NCBI RefSeq assembly: GCF_006345805.1 | Contig: NC_043001.1 | Span: 120,838,001-120,902,000 of the forward strand | Length of the DNA stretch: 64,000 nt | Reading direction: 5' to 3' | Origin: Octopus sinensis | Taxonomy: Eukaryota | Shown here: positions 37,214 through 50,539 of the stretch, one piece after another | How the letters are laid out: the number at the start of each line of letters is the position of its first letter | Numbering within the stretch: the stretch's first letter is position 1 | Made by a program: the position numbers and the translations under genes | Notes under the pieces: generated by a model | The model's input: the letters and a program-made list of their open reading frames with translations, nothing else | Told to the model about the DNA's origin: nothing | Database searches by the model: none

Positions 37214-37897
37214 GCACACAACATAAAAAGCACTCAGTCCACTCTGTGGAGTGGTTGGTGTTAGGAATGTTAACCAGCCATAAAATTACCTGCCAAAACA
37301 GACACAGTAGCCTGGGGTAGTCTTCTACCTAGTCAGCTCCAGTCAAATCATCCAACCCATGCCTGCCTAGAAGACTGACATTAAATGATGACAATACACA
37401 ACAGGTTTCTTTCAGTTTGCATCTACCAAATCCATTCACAGGGCTATGGTCAGCCTGGGACATTTGCCTGTGGTGCCATATGGTGGGACTGAATCCAGAA
37501 CCATGTGGTTGTGAAGCAAGCTTCTTACCACACAGCCACACTGCACCTATGTGTATATACTATATTATCTAATTGCAAACGGAATTAAAGAATTGCAAGA
37601 TAGGTTCTTCAAGCTGATCCAACTGGCAAAAAACCTAAGCATAGTCCAAGAACAAGATGGTTGGATAATATCCATAGTTTCAGTTGGTCATGCTTGGGAA
37701 CCCAGCCAGAAAATCTAATGAAGGTTGGTTTTGATAAGACCCTATGGCGGAAGTACCTGAGGACTATCTCTCAACAATCCTCCCAGGACCAGTGGGCAGA
37801 GAAGATAGATGGAAGGAAAGAAGACCGGAAGAACCAGTAAAAAAAAAACTAAAATTCCTCTACTACTGAATATATGGGAGAAAAAAAGCATAAACAC

Positions 37898-37939
<42 letters not shown>

Positions 37940-38496
37940 TGCCAGCTTAAGGCTTGAGTGCACTGCAAAGTTGCTTGAGGGGGGGAAGCCTCACAGTCTA
38001 CAGCTTATTGTTAATCTATATATGTTGCCGCTTGTTGACAGTAAATAAATATAGGAGCTCCATAGTATCGCTTTACTCAGGGCAACAATACTGCTAAGAT
38101 GGCCCTTTTCTTTATGCATGTATGTGTGTGTCTGTCTATCTTGTGTACAAATCTTAAACCTGTATGGACCCTTAAATGTGTTATGTAACAGAAGCCATGC
38201 TGTGATATTAGTGTTCCCCCATATTATTACTGGCTAATGAGAAATTGACTCCAGCTAGATAGAGAGATTGCTGTCATTTCACAACATTCAACACACATAT
38301 ACTGAGTATTTTAACCTTTTCCTGCCAAACTTTTAATGAAAAACATTGTCAACTTGTTTCAATTAATTTTTAACATAATTAAGAATTTGGAGGAATTTAA
38401 TGACAACTTTTTCAGTGTTAAATTAGTGTTGTTTAAGTCATAATTCAACACATGCAAATTCCATAAAATTACAATAGAAGGTTTATACTTTATGAT

Positions 38497-38849
38497 TTTC
38501 ATTTGCTTCAGTCAGTTGACCGTGGCCATGCTGGGGCACTGCCTTGAAGAATTTTAGTCAAATGAATCAACCCTAGGATTCTTTTGCTGAATCGCTAAGT
38601 TACGAGGATGCAAACAAACCAACATTGGTTGTCAAGTGGCGGTGGGGACAAACACACTCACACACACAAATATATATGTATATATAACAGGCTTCTTTCA
38701 GTTTCCATTTACCAAATCCACCCACAAGGCTTTGGTCAGCCTGTGGCTATAGTAGAAGACAGTTGCCCAAAGTACCACGCAGTGGGACTGAACCCAGAAC
38801 TCAGGAACCATGTGTTTGGGAAGCAAGCTTCTTACCACACAGCCACCCC
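38497..38849 (-). mobile_element. SINE family A
   Basis: Reverse complement of head, short microsatellite and partial tail. Confidence 0.8.
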
Positions 38850-39392
38850 TATACTTAAACATAAACTTTTTAGAACAGGGTGGTTTTTGTTCCATATGAC
38901 TAGTGGTGTTCTTCGATGAATTAGTTATCCTGCTAATTAACATTTCATCAAAGCTTCTTTGGTTTCAGATTTTATTTATTAATTAGATTGTTTAAAAGTT
39001 CTACAACTTTCCATAGTATGGTGTCTTCTTTACTAGTTTTTATTCAATTACTAACAACAGCATTTGTAATTCTAAGTGAGCATATATCACTTCAAACATA
39101 AAACTGGGCCACTTCAAAGTGAATATGCAAATAATGTCCTGACTCTGAAAATGTTCAGCTAAATGGTGGTAAAATGTGAACAAACTGCAACTTTGTACAT
39201 GAGCATGAAATTCTGTCATCAGTTTGAGTTTCATGTAAGCAACAGATACACTCTCTTTGAAATGTGCTATTTCTAACAGGTCAAACAACCATATAGATGC
39301 TTTCTGTTTCATTTGTAGTTTAGCTATTTAAGTTTTGCCTAACCTTTTGTGATTATTTGTTGATTTTATTTATTTATAATTTTTTTTTCCAG

Positions 39393-39494
39393 GACAGAGT
39401 TACCTTTCGAAGAATTGTATTAAAGGATGCTTTTAATCGAAGGAAAATGTACACTGACTTGATTGAGAGTGTCCCCTTGTTCTCCTGCCTTGAT
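39393..39494 (+). CDS. PRKAR2: PKA-RII exon (102 nt): DRVTFRRIVLKDAFNRRKMYTDLIESVPLFSCLD
   Basis: AG 39391-39392, donor GTAAGA 39495; DRxTFRRI...RKMY...ESVP motif. Confidence 0.96.
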
Positions 39495-39539
39495 GTAAGA
39501 AATGGCTTTGTTATTTTTTTAAACTTTATATATTATGAA

Positions 39540-40210
39540 TATTCCAGTTATATCATGGGTCTTTCTGTCATATTGTGCATATGTATTCCTATCATATCAC
39601 ATGTATCTGTTATACATATGTACCCATGTCATATCGCACATATCCCTGTCATACTACATATATCCTAGTTGTATTGTGTGTATCCAGGTCACATCTTGTA
39701 TATTCCAGTCATACTGTGTGTATCACAGTTATACTTTATGTATCCCAATTATATCATGTGTACCCTGTTCACACTGCATGTATTCTTATGATACCAAGCA
39801 TATTCCGATCATACCATGGGTATCCTAGTGAAACTCTGTGTATCTCAGCCATACAATCTGTAACCTAGCCAAAGCTTTATCTATCCTAGTCACATTTTGT
39901 ATATCCTTATTACACCATATGTATCTCAGTCATATCATTGTATATCCAAGTCATATCATAAATGTCCAGTAATACTGTGTGTATTCTAGTAATACTCCGT
40001 GTATCCTGGTTCCACTGTATACCTTAATCATATCATATGTATCTCAGTCATACTGCATGTAGCTCTGTGTAGCCCAGTGATAGCATGCTTATCCCAATGA
40101 TATCATGTGTATCCCAGTCACATGATATGTACCTTGATCAAACCTCATTGCTCAGCCATACTATATGTATTCCCATCATTTTGCATGTATCACAGTCATA
40201 CTAAGTGTAA
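39540..40210. repeat. degenerate 20-bp minisatellite, about 33 units, consensus near GTATCCCAGTCATACTGTGT
   Basis: Consecutive 20-mers, e.g. GTATCACAGTTATACTTTAT / GTATCCCAATTATATCATGT / GTACCCTGTTCACACTGCAT. Confidence 0.85.
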
Positions 40211-41125
40211 CCTTGTTTTACAGTTGATTTTCCATGTTGTAAGAAGTGACTAAAGTAATGACCGGAAGGGCATACAGTGACGACGTACTGCCTCACTAAA
40301 CCCGTCCAGCCTATGTCAACATAGAAAAGATGTCAAATGAATCATTATCATCACTATTAATGTACTCTTCAAATTCTTATATGACTTTGTTGTATCTATT
40401 ATTATTGTTCAGCCCCAGGTCATCATCTCCGACTGACAAGACTTGTGACCAAAGGCATTTAAGGAACCACATTGCACAGTTTAGCCTTTTTCTTTTTATT
40501 TTGCTTTGTTTTTATTTTGTTTTTGTTTTTTATGATTTTAGATTGGTAGGGAATACAGCTCCTATTTCTAGTAGTTCAAATGACTGTTATAGGTAATCTT
40601 GTTGGCTTTGACATGTCTGTTGTTGTTTTTGTTGTTGTTGTTGAACCCCAGGTCATGTAAGTATATCTTTCCAGCAATGTATATTAATAAGAAAAATCCA
40701 ACAACCTGTACTTTTTAACGAAATCTCTTGCAAATTCATTTTGTATCGTGTGGCACAGACAATCCCTTGTCATTCTTGCCATGGATTGGCCCACTACAAA
40801 GCTATAACCAACGATACAGTTGCTTACCAATAATAATTGTGAGATAAAAATAAACCTAACAGATTGTATGGGGTAGCACTGAAGGCTGTTTTTTTTATTA
40901 CTGGCTGGACATCTGTGATTAAGGAGACCTATGGTCAAAGCAGTGGTATAGCATTGGTTTTTCTCCACTCTGAGTAACAGTTAAATAGGCTACCTACTAC
41001 CTTAAACATAATATCTCTTCGATTGCAGCAAACACATGTATAAGAAATGGCTGTCCTGTGTGTTTTGCACATCACTTATGCTATCATTGGTGACTTCATT
41101 GCTCTGTCAAACTCCCTATCAAACT

Positions 41126-41356
41126 TTAATCCTTTAGCCTTTAAACCAGCCATACCCGGACACAATATTCTAACTGTTTTATTTTCAAATTAACCAGATC
41201 TGACCTCTCACACTTACCTTACAATGTCATTCTAAAAATAAACAATCACATCTTTGAACTTTCATAGCTATGAGATAAAGCATGATTAACTGAAAACAAT
41301 GTGAATGAATAAGCATTACATTTGAGAGAGAAGTAATCTGAATGCTAAAGGCTTAA
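41126..41356. mobile_element. piggyBac-type MITE copy 1
   Basis: TTAA-(T)CCTTTAGC...GCTAAAGG(C)-TTAA termini. Confidence 0.75.
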
Positions 41357-41541
41357 ACCGAACCTGCTACATTTCAATATGGAACAATTATCGTGACGCT
41401 TTACAAATAACAGTAATCGTAATGCTACAGAGTTAATGCACGAATGTGTCTCTCCTCAATCTGTCCATTTCGCTCTTTCTGGCTCTACCTGTCTGAGTCC
41501 CTACCTGTTGTTTGCTACCTGTTTTATAAGCTGTGATTACT

Positions 41542-41794
41542 TTAATCCTTTAGTATTTAGACCAGTCATATTCAGCCAAAATATTCTATTTTATGTCCAA
41601 GCTGGTTACATCTGATCAAAACATTTTGTTTTATGTTCAAATCAACCAGATCTAGCTTCTCACACCTACCTTACAATATCATTCTAAAGATCATTGAAAT
41701 CTCATAGCTATGAGATAATTCATGATTAATTCAAAACAATGTGACTAAATAAACATTACTTTCCACAGAGTAATCTTGGATGCTAAAGGGTTAA
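41542..41794. mobile_element. piggyBac-type MITE copy 2
   Basis: TTAA-TCCTTTAG...GCTAAAGGG-TTAA; internal sequence homologous to copy 1. Confidence 0.75.
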
Positions 41795-42623
41795 CTCAAC
41801 AGAATAAATACATCACTAAACATCACTTAGTGATTTTTATCTGCAAAGTCATTGCATCTTATTAACAATGATGAAAGAAATTGAAAGGTAAAAAAATCCT
41901 GGGGAATTTTTAGAAACCTTGAAAAAGGAACAATTGAGAAATGAGGTTATAATTAAACAGCATGTTGGCATTGTAGAAATGTAAAGATGTAAAAAAAAAA
42001 AGAAATGTAAAGATGTGCTGAGAGAATTCAATGCATCATCAATGAATATCAAAATCATGAAATATTGGATTAAGAAACATTGTTAATAATTTTTATTTTT
42101 AGAATGTCTCTTCTTTTCTTCAACTTAAAGCAATGTCGCCTTTATATGTTTTAGTCTTTTTTTGTGGTTGTGTGATAAGAAGTTTGCTTCCAAACCACAA
42201 GGTTCTGGGTTCAGTCCCACTGTGTGACACCTTGAGCATGGGTCTTCTAATATTGCTCCAGGCTGCCCAAAATCTTGTAAGTGGATATGGTCGATGGAAA
42301 CTCAAAAAAAAAAGGGCCTGCCATATAAGTGTGTATGTGTGTGTGCACACCCTGACTTTGTGAGTGTCACTGTCATACAAGCAATGTCCTTCATTTCCAA
42401 TCCTCTGTGAAAACATGTTTAACTATGGGAAAATATTATCTTACTTAGCAACAGGTGAGGGTTGGGGACAGGAAGGGCACCTGGCCATAGAAAATCTACC
42501 ACAGTGGATGTAAAAACAATGATGTTTAAAAATAACTCATTTGTTTTGACTTTGAATTTCTTTTTTTTTTTTTTACTGAAATGTGATTTATTTAATGTGT
42601 AAATAAAATCTTTAATATTTAGT

Positions 42624-43017
42624 GTAGCTTGCTAACCAACCACATGGTTCCGGGTTCAGTCCCACTGCGTGGCATCTTGGGCAAGTGTCTTCTGCTATAG
42701 CCCCGGGCCGACCAATGCCTTGTGAGTGGATTTGGTAGACGGAAACTGAAAGAAGCCTGTCGTATATATGTATATATATATATATATATATGTGTGTATG
42801 TGTTTGTCCCCCTAGCATTGCTTGGCAACCGATGCTGGTGTGTTTACGTCCCCGTCACTTAGCGGTTCAGCAAAAGAGACCGATAGAATAAGTACTGGGC
42901 TTACAAAGAATAAGTCCCGGGGTCGATTTGCTCGACTAAAGGCGGTGCTCCAGCATGGCCGCAGTCAAATGACTGAAACAAGTAAAAGAGTAAAAGAGTA
43001 AAAAAGAGTAAAGAGTA
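42624..43017 (+). mobile_element. SINE family A, young, slightly 5'-truncated
   Basis: Near-identical to 7919-8273; tandem AAAGAGTA tail. Confidence 0.9.
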
Positions 43018-43580
43018 TCTATTTGGCAAATAAAAAACTTGACAAATAAACAAACGCAGTTATGATGATTAATTTACCAATGATAGTAATCCATTATCGT
43101 TTCACATCTGATTTTCTATACTAGCATTGGTTGGACAGGTTGGTCACAATTCCTGAATGCCATTCCTGTCATCATATACATTGACTTACAATGTAATTAA
43201 CTACATTGCAATAAAATTACCAGGTGATGACCGTACAGAGAATATATTTCTCATGATGTAATTATAAGCAATGAATTGGCAGTGATGACTTCACTAGACA
43301 CCAATTATGGCTCTTGAATATATGAGTTCAAATTCAACAGATTGATTTTACCTTTCATCCTCCCATCAGTTAAATGACGTCAATATGATCAACTATGATC
43401 AACTAGATTCCTTCTCCTGGATGAATAGCATTTTATCTGCATTCATCATGTGTTATACTTTATCAAAGCCTTGGCAGTCACATTCTTCTTCTGTGATGTT
43501 GGAAGTAGTTGTCTTGTAGAAAGACACTGTGACTGCCCCACTCTGCCAAATCCTTTTTGTTGTGCAGCTCTGCAGAGTCT

Positions 43581-43633
<53 letters not shown>

Positions 43634-43982
43634 CATCGTCATCGTTTAACATCCGCTTTCCATGCTAGCATGGGTTGGGACGATTTGACTGAGAACTGGC
43701 AAACCAGATGGCTGCACCAGGCTCCAATCTTGATCTCATATATATATATATGTATATATATGAGAGAGAGAGTGGGGGGGGAGTGAGACAGACAGGGATC
43801 AAGGAATCAATACTTGTATTTCACTAGTACTTTATTTCATCAGCCTCAATGAGGCTTGAACTCAGAACACAAAGAGCCAGAACAGATACCACCAAGAATT
43901 TGTGCAATGATCTAACAATTCTACCAACTAACCGACCAACCACCATTCTTTCCTTTTGTAAAAAAAAATAATATATAAAGTG

Positions 43983-44149
43983 TAGGAGTGGCTGTGTGGT
44001 AAGTAGCTTGCTAACCAACCACATCGTTCCGGGTTCAGTTCCACTGTATGGCACCTTGGGCAAGTGTCTTCTACTATAGCCTCAGGCCAACCAAAGCCTT
44101 GTGAGTGGATATGGTAGACGGAAACTGAAAGAAGCCCGTCATATATATG

Positions 44150-44218
<69 letters not shown>

Positions 44219-44396
44219 GTGTGTGTGTGTGTGTGTATATATATGTGTGTGTGTGTGTGTGTATATATATGTGTGTGTGTGTGTATATATATGTGGTGTG
44301 TGTGTATATATATATGTGTGTGTATATATATATGTGAGTGTGTATATATATATGTATGTATATATATATGTGTGTGTATATATATATGTGTGTGTG

Positions 44397-44428
<32 letters not shown>

Positions 44429-44658
44429 TATGTGTGTGTATATATATATATATATGTGTATATATATATGTGTGTTATATATATGTGTGTTATATATATA
44501 TATATATGTATATATATATGTGTGTGTATATATATATATATGTAATATATATATATATGTATATATATATGTATATATATATGTATATATATATATATAA
44601 TATGTGTATATATATATATGTGTGTATATATATATATGTGTGTATATATATATATGTG

Positions 44659-44705
<47 letters not shown>

Positions 44706-44747
44706 GTGTGTATATATATATATAATGTATATATATATGTGTGTATG

Positions 44748-44778
<31 letters not shown>

Positions 44779-45065
44779 GTGTATGTATATATATAATATA
44801 TATGTATATATATATGTGTGTGTGTATATATATATGTATGTGCGTGTATGTTTGAGTGTCTGTGTTTGTCCCCCTAGCATCACTTGACAACCGATGCTGG
44901 TGTGTTTACATCCCCGTAACTTAGCGGTTCGGCAAAAGAGACCGATAGAATAAGTACTAGGCTTACAAAGAATAAGTCCTGGGGTCGATTTGGTCGACTA
45001 AAGGCGGTGCTCCAGCATGGCCACAGTCAAATAACTGAAACAAATAAAAGAGTAAAAGAGAGTAA
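43983..45065 (+). mobile_element. SINE family A with an internal TA/TG microsatellite expanded to about 710 bp (about 44140-44855)
   Basis: Intact head and tail flank the array. Confidence 0.92.
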
Positions 45066-46079
45066 GTGGTACTCATTTTACTGATTCCAAAAGGGTGAAA
45101 GGCAAAGTCAATTTTGGTGGCATTTAAACTCAGAGCATAAAGCCAGACAGAATGATGCTAAACATATTTAGCATGGAAATAATGCTATCATTTTATCACT
45201 GGTTATTTATGTATGCTTTGCTGAGGAGGACTAATAAGAGCGAAGTACATACATTTTTGATTATCACAACACTAAGTATATTTGCACTGACATTGCTTTT
45301 GTTTTTCATGTAGATGGTTTCTGACTAATAATATCAGTGATTACATTTTATAGGCAAAATCGTTGTTGCATTTAGTTGTGACTCTTTACATTATGGGTTC
45401 AATTCCTGATGCAGTCAACTTAGCATTTTATCCTTTTAGATTAGATTTTGGAAGAATTCTGCTTTAGCATGCCATATAACCCTTCATAACTTTTGGAACT
45501 TGCTCAAAATGTTTGTGAATTAGTGTTCTACATACAGTAATGCATACAATTATGCAAAACCAAAAGGAAAATTGTTGGTGCATGATTTAAGGGCTATTTA
45601 GCTGTTATTTTTATTACATCTCATGACTACCTCATACTCTCCTCATTTGTTAGTCAGTCTGAATATTGATGCTTTTCAATATATTTCTCCCCATAAACAC
45701 ATTTAATGGTCTACTGCTTGGATTCAAGCCAAAAATTCAGACTGTTCATATTTTAAACAGTGATTTTTAAAAAAGAATTCCAAAAACTTTAAAGCAAAAA
45801 TATTTCGAAAAATTAAAAATTTATTTTGTTCATAGTTGTGGTAATTCCTGTGTAGAATACAAATTTGCAAAAATTTTCTGAAAATTTTAAAAGTTAGAAA
45901 AGTTATGAGGTGTTATATGGCATGCTTATAACAGAATTCTACCAGATTTTTAATACTCACTACATTAGATATGATAATGCTAATTGAACTAAACATTGAT
46001 TTAGACCTTTTTGACATGTGAAGTTCATATCATGGTATTTTAATGCTGATGTTTGTCTGTCTCTTTGTTTTCCTCTTAG

Positions 46080-46154
46080 AATTATGAAAAGTTAAACATT
46101 GCTGATGCTTTACATTCACAATCCTTCGAAGATGGTGAAGTGGTACTAAGACAG
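46080..46154 (+). CDS. PRKAR2: PKA-RII exon (75 nt): NYEKLNIADALHSQSFEDGEVVLRQ
   Basis: AG 46078-46079, donor GTAAGT 46155; YExxNxADAL motif at the start of CNB-B. Confidence 0.95.
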
Positions 46155-46329
46155 GTAAGTAAAAACATTTGTCACTTCTGTAAGAAATTTCCATAAACTA
46201 TTACCATAAATTTTCAGCTTCTTATTTCAGTCAATTATTCTCTAGTTGTCTTCAAGGCACACTTATTTCTACACACTTATTTCTACACACACAGTGTGTG
46301 GGTTGTGGTAATCTCATTTCCAACCCACA

Positions 46330-46760
46330 TGTTGTGTGGGTTGAAAATGAGATGCTATCTCATCATGTTAAGCATTTCCCATTTGGACCACATCACAAAT
46401 GAACTGAGCTGCATTGGAACCACTGTCTGGCACCACAATGGAACTTCCCATCATGAAGACCTTCTCATGATAGTGAAGGAAAGAAAGCTAATAATAGTAC
46501 AGCTGTCAATAACAAGATCCAGTGGCCTTGGAAAAACCATTTTTCAAGGAACTATGAAGGAATGAAGAAGGAGATATGAATAGAAGAGAAGGAAAACCAA
46601 CATCCTGGAATGGAGAAAGAAGTCGTTAGTGGAGACTACAATTCTCACAGCTGTAACAGATGGAGAAAACTTGAATACAGCAGAGGCACAATGGTGACTC
46701 TTACAAGTTCACAGGAAGATGAGGGTGGGCCAAGTATAGAGGTGATTATGTGTGTGCATA
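46330..46760 (+). mobile_element. RTE/BovB-like LINE 3' fragment
   Basis: LSISHLDHITNE...HEDLLMIVKERKL...ITRSSGLGKTIFQGTMKE*RRR is the RTE ORF C-terminus. Confidence 0.8.
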
Positions 46761-46866
46761 ATAAGCCTTTGGATTCTATTTTAAAATATGTGTTTATGTT
46801 TCTTCATGTGTATATGTATGAATGTGTGTGTGTGTACATATATGCATATCTGTGTATATGTAAATA

Positions 46867-46916
<50 letters not shown>

Positions 46917-47489
46917 TGTGCTAAGGTCTGACTGCCTGAACACGCACTGGACCTAATTATTTATAACCATTTAAATAATCACTCTTTAAACAGTCAAACA
47001 ATAGTTTCTTACACAAACACCTTTACAGAGAAAATCTGCTTCAATGTATTCTACCTGAGCCACGAAAACCTGGAAAAGTGCCCATAAAGCAAGAATGATA
47101 GAAATACATACAAACACACACACACACACACTCACATACATACATGCACACACATCCTCACATATACCCACACACACACCCATATGCATACCTTCACACA
47201 CACACTCATATGCACTTACACACACACATCTATACACACATCTACACACACTCACACACACATGCCCTCACACACATTCATAGGCCTGCTTACAAACACA
47301 TACGTACATGCACCACAACGCCAAAGCACTCACACACTTGTTACCTTGCCTCTCACCACCAAATCAAACAGCAACTACTCACCAGTTTGACACCACTCCA
47401 TTATGTATACAACACTCACACAAAAATGAACATACACATATACATACTAGCATGCACACACACTGGCCATTTTCGCACTCACCTGTCTG

Positions 47490-47980
47490 AAAAAACCACT
47501 TCCTCTATCTCCCTCCACTGATGGAGGCAAAATGGCTGAGTTCCTTTTGAGTGTTGGGCCTTACAGAAGAAAAGTGGCTGAGTTCCTTTCAAGTGTTGGG
47601 CCTCATGGAGGTGAAGTGGCTGAGTTCCTTTTGATGGGCCGGATGGAGGCAATGACCAAGATCTTTGGCATGATGTCATGCTTGAGAAGACTCATCAAGC
47701 CAAGCAAAATTGCAGTTGTTGCATATAACGGTGTCATACAAACTGGCACCCATGCCGGTGGCACATAAATGCATCCCAGTGTCATGCAAATGGCACCCAT
47801 GCCAGTGGCACATAAAACCACCCATTACGTTCTCGAAGTGGTTGGCATTAGGAAGGACATCCAGCCATAGAAAACCATGCCAAATCAGACTTGAGTCTGG
47901 TGCAGCCTTCCAGCATATCAGCCTAGTTAAACCAGCCAACCCATGCCGGTTATGGATAATGAATGTTAAATGATGATGAT
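47490..47980 (+). mobile_element. (GAT)n-tailed retroelement copy containing a 42-bp internal tandem repeat
   Basis: Three to four units of ATGGAGG.AAAGTGGCTGAGTTCCTTT..AGTGTTGGGCC, then the family tail. Confidence 0.75.
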
Positions 47981-48005
47981 GTGTGTGTGTGTGTATTTAT
48001 TTATT

Positions 48006-48056
<51 letters not shown>

Positions 48057-48408
48057 TGTTTGCAACTCCAGGAAAAATACATCATGCTGAATACACAGCT
48101 GAGCTGTGTTAGAAGTACATAGAATCTGTTATAATTATCAAGCTTGCACAGAATTCAACCTTGTTGGAGCTAACAATGTTGTTGTGTGTATTTGTTTGGG
48201 ATCTTGAATCAGATATTCGATTCAGAATTCAACAGAAAAACAAAACAAAAATTTAATATCGAAAGAAAAATAATGAAATCCCTTTTTGATTAATATTGAT
48301 TTTTGTTTTTTGTCTCTTTTTTGCCCTTTCTCTGTTGAACTTTGTTTAATTACATTTTCTTTGATAATTGTGAAGCTCAAATTTTTGCTTTGATTTACTT
48401 ACTTTTAG

Positions 48409-48471
48409 GGAGATGATGCAAACTGCATGTATTTTGTGGAAGATGGAGAAGTCAGTATCACTGTCAAAAAG
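48409..48471 (+). CDS. PRKAR2: PKA-RII exon (63 nt): GDDANCMYFVEDGEVSITVKK
   Basis: AG 48407-48408, donor GTATAT 48472; GDxAxxMYFxExGEV motif. Confidence 0.94.
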
Positions 48472-48847
48472 GTATATGAGAAAATAAGTATTTTTTATTT
48501 TCAAGTTGTATGCAGTAAAAACATGTTTGGAAATACATTGTATATCACAGACTGCAGCTATATCCCTGGTAGTATATCTTTTGACTGAACTCTACCTCAA
48601 CTCTACTGAATCTTCTTTACTGCACCTCTACTCTACTAGGTCTTCTTTATTCCATCTCTACTCCACAAGTACTTAGGCCACTCCAATTTGCATTACTCCA
48701 CCTATGCTCCACTTCCATTCTTCTGCATTTTCACTCCACCTGCATTTCATTAGGTTTTTCTCACACCAACTCAACTGCTTCTGTTTTGCTTTGCTCCACT
48801 TCTACTTCACTGGGTCTTCTTCACTCCTCTACTCTGTCAAGTTATCG

Positions 48848-49466
48848 GGATCTTCACCTTTTGTCCTACAGATTTTTAAAATAGTTTTTTGTAACTAAAC
48901 ACTTTCAAACTTTTTTGTAACTAAACACTTTCAAACTTCGGATACTGGTAGACTGTGTCATATAAAACATCTTTTACTCTTAGCATTTTTGAGAAAAACT
49001 TATATTTACAAAGTTATTTCATGTTAAAGTTCTCGTATTTCGGTAATTTCAACCAATCAATGACGTGTATTCAGCTGAATAAAATTACTGCTATTTTTGT
49101 CAACAAGAACTTCCGGCGGTGGGTTTTTCGTTTGTCACTGTTATTTATGACAACCCTAACCCTAAAACCCTAACACCCTAACCCTAAAACCTTAAAACCA
49201 GTACAAACACACGAACGATGTCATAAATAACAGGGACAAATGAAAAATACAGCGCAGATAGTTGCTGTTGACAAACAACGACAGTAATTTTATTCGGCTG
49301 AATACACGTCATTGATTGGTTGAAATTACCAAAATATGAGAACTTTAACATGATATAACTTCGTAAAAGATGTTTTATATGACACAGTCTACCTGTGTCC
49401 GAAGTTTGAAAGTGTTTAGTTACAAAAAATTATTTTTTAAATCTGTTGGTCAAAAGGTAAAGATCC
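48848..49466. mobile_element. fold-back MITE-like element, long inverted arms, telomere-like spacer, probable 8-bp TSD
   Basis: Arms 48848-49152 and 49219-49466 are reverse complements (GGATCTT(C/T)ACCTTTTG...TTATTTATGACA); flanks AGTTATCG and AGTTATCT. Confidence 0.9.
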
Positions 49467-50539
49467 AGTTATCTTTGCTCCACTTTACTCCACAAACTAT
49501 TTAAGCCCTTACTCTTTTACTTTTTTCAGCCCTTAGACACTGGCCATGCTGGGGTGCCACCTTGAAGAATTTTTAATCTAATGAGTCAACCCCAGTATAT
49601 TTTTTTCATTAAAGCCTGGTACTTGTTCTATAATTTCTTTTGCCAAACTACCAGGTTAATAGGATGCAAAAACACCAGTTGCCAAAAGTTGGTGGGAGAC
49701 AAACACAGGCACAAAGATAAAGAATATATAGAGGAAGGACATCCAGCCATAGTAACCATGCCACATCAGAATGGAGCCTGGTGTAGCTCTCCGGATTATC
49801 GGTTCCTATCACACCATCTAACCCATGCCAGCACGGAAAACAGACATTAAATGATGATGATGATGGTAATGATAAGCTTCTCTTAGTTTCCATCTTCCAT
49901 CTACCAAATCCACTCACAAAGCTTTGGTTAGTCAACAGCTATAACAGAAGACATTTGTCCAAGGTGCCACAAAGTGGGACCAAACCCGGAACCAAATAGT
50001 TGGGAAGCAAGCTTGTTAACACACAGCAACGCCTGCCCATTTTTTTTTTATATATATTTCACTTTACAGGCTTCTTCCAGTTTCCATCTACCAAATCCAC
50101 TCACAAGGCTTTGTTTGGCCTAAGAAGACACTTGCCTAAGGTGCCGTGCAGTGGGACTGAACCCTGTAACTTAATGGTTCGGCAATAAATATCTAATAGT
50201 ATAAATACCAGGCTTAAAATAAGCCTGGAGCCAATTTCATTGATTTAATCCCTCAAGGCGCCGTCCATGCATAACTGCAGTCCAGTGAAGGAAGCAAGGA
50301 AAAGAATAAAAACATAAAAGAATAACAATTGCTACATACATCAAGGAATCAAACTGTCTTACACTTCATTGTCCCATATTAGGAAGAACATGCAACTAAA
50401 GATTTAATCTGTTTAACATCACGACCTTGCATGTGGGTACCTTTAGCAAAAACACAATTCGGGTTTCAGGTATGAGCATAACTTCTTATTTACCTCCCAT
50501 CAGAATTGGTGTTGCTGAACCAATCAATTAAAGGTATCA

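Noticed and set aside
43928-44890. Long ORFs of 320 and 269 aa and similar Y/I/H/T/C/V-rich ORFs (15919-16459, 17152-17479, 47095-47521, 52121-52480, 62463-62857)
   Set aside because: These are translations of TA/TG/CA microsatellites, which lack stop codons in some frames; they are not genes.
49062-49320. TGACG half-CRE sites in the fold-back arms, and TGACGTGA near 58340, in a PKA gene
   Set aside because: Short motifs expected by chance or carried by the transposon; far from any promoter.
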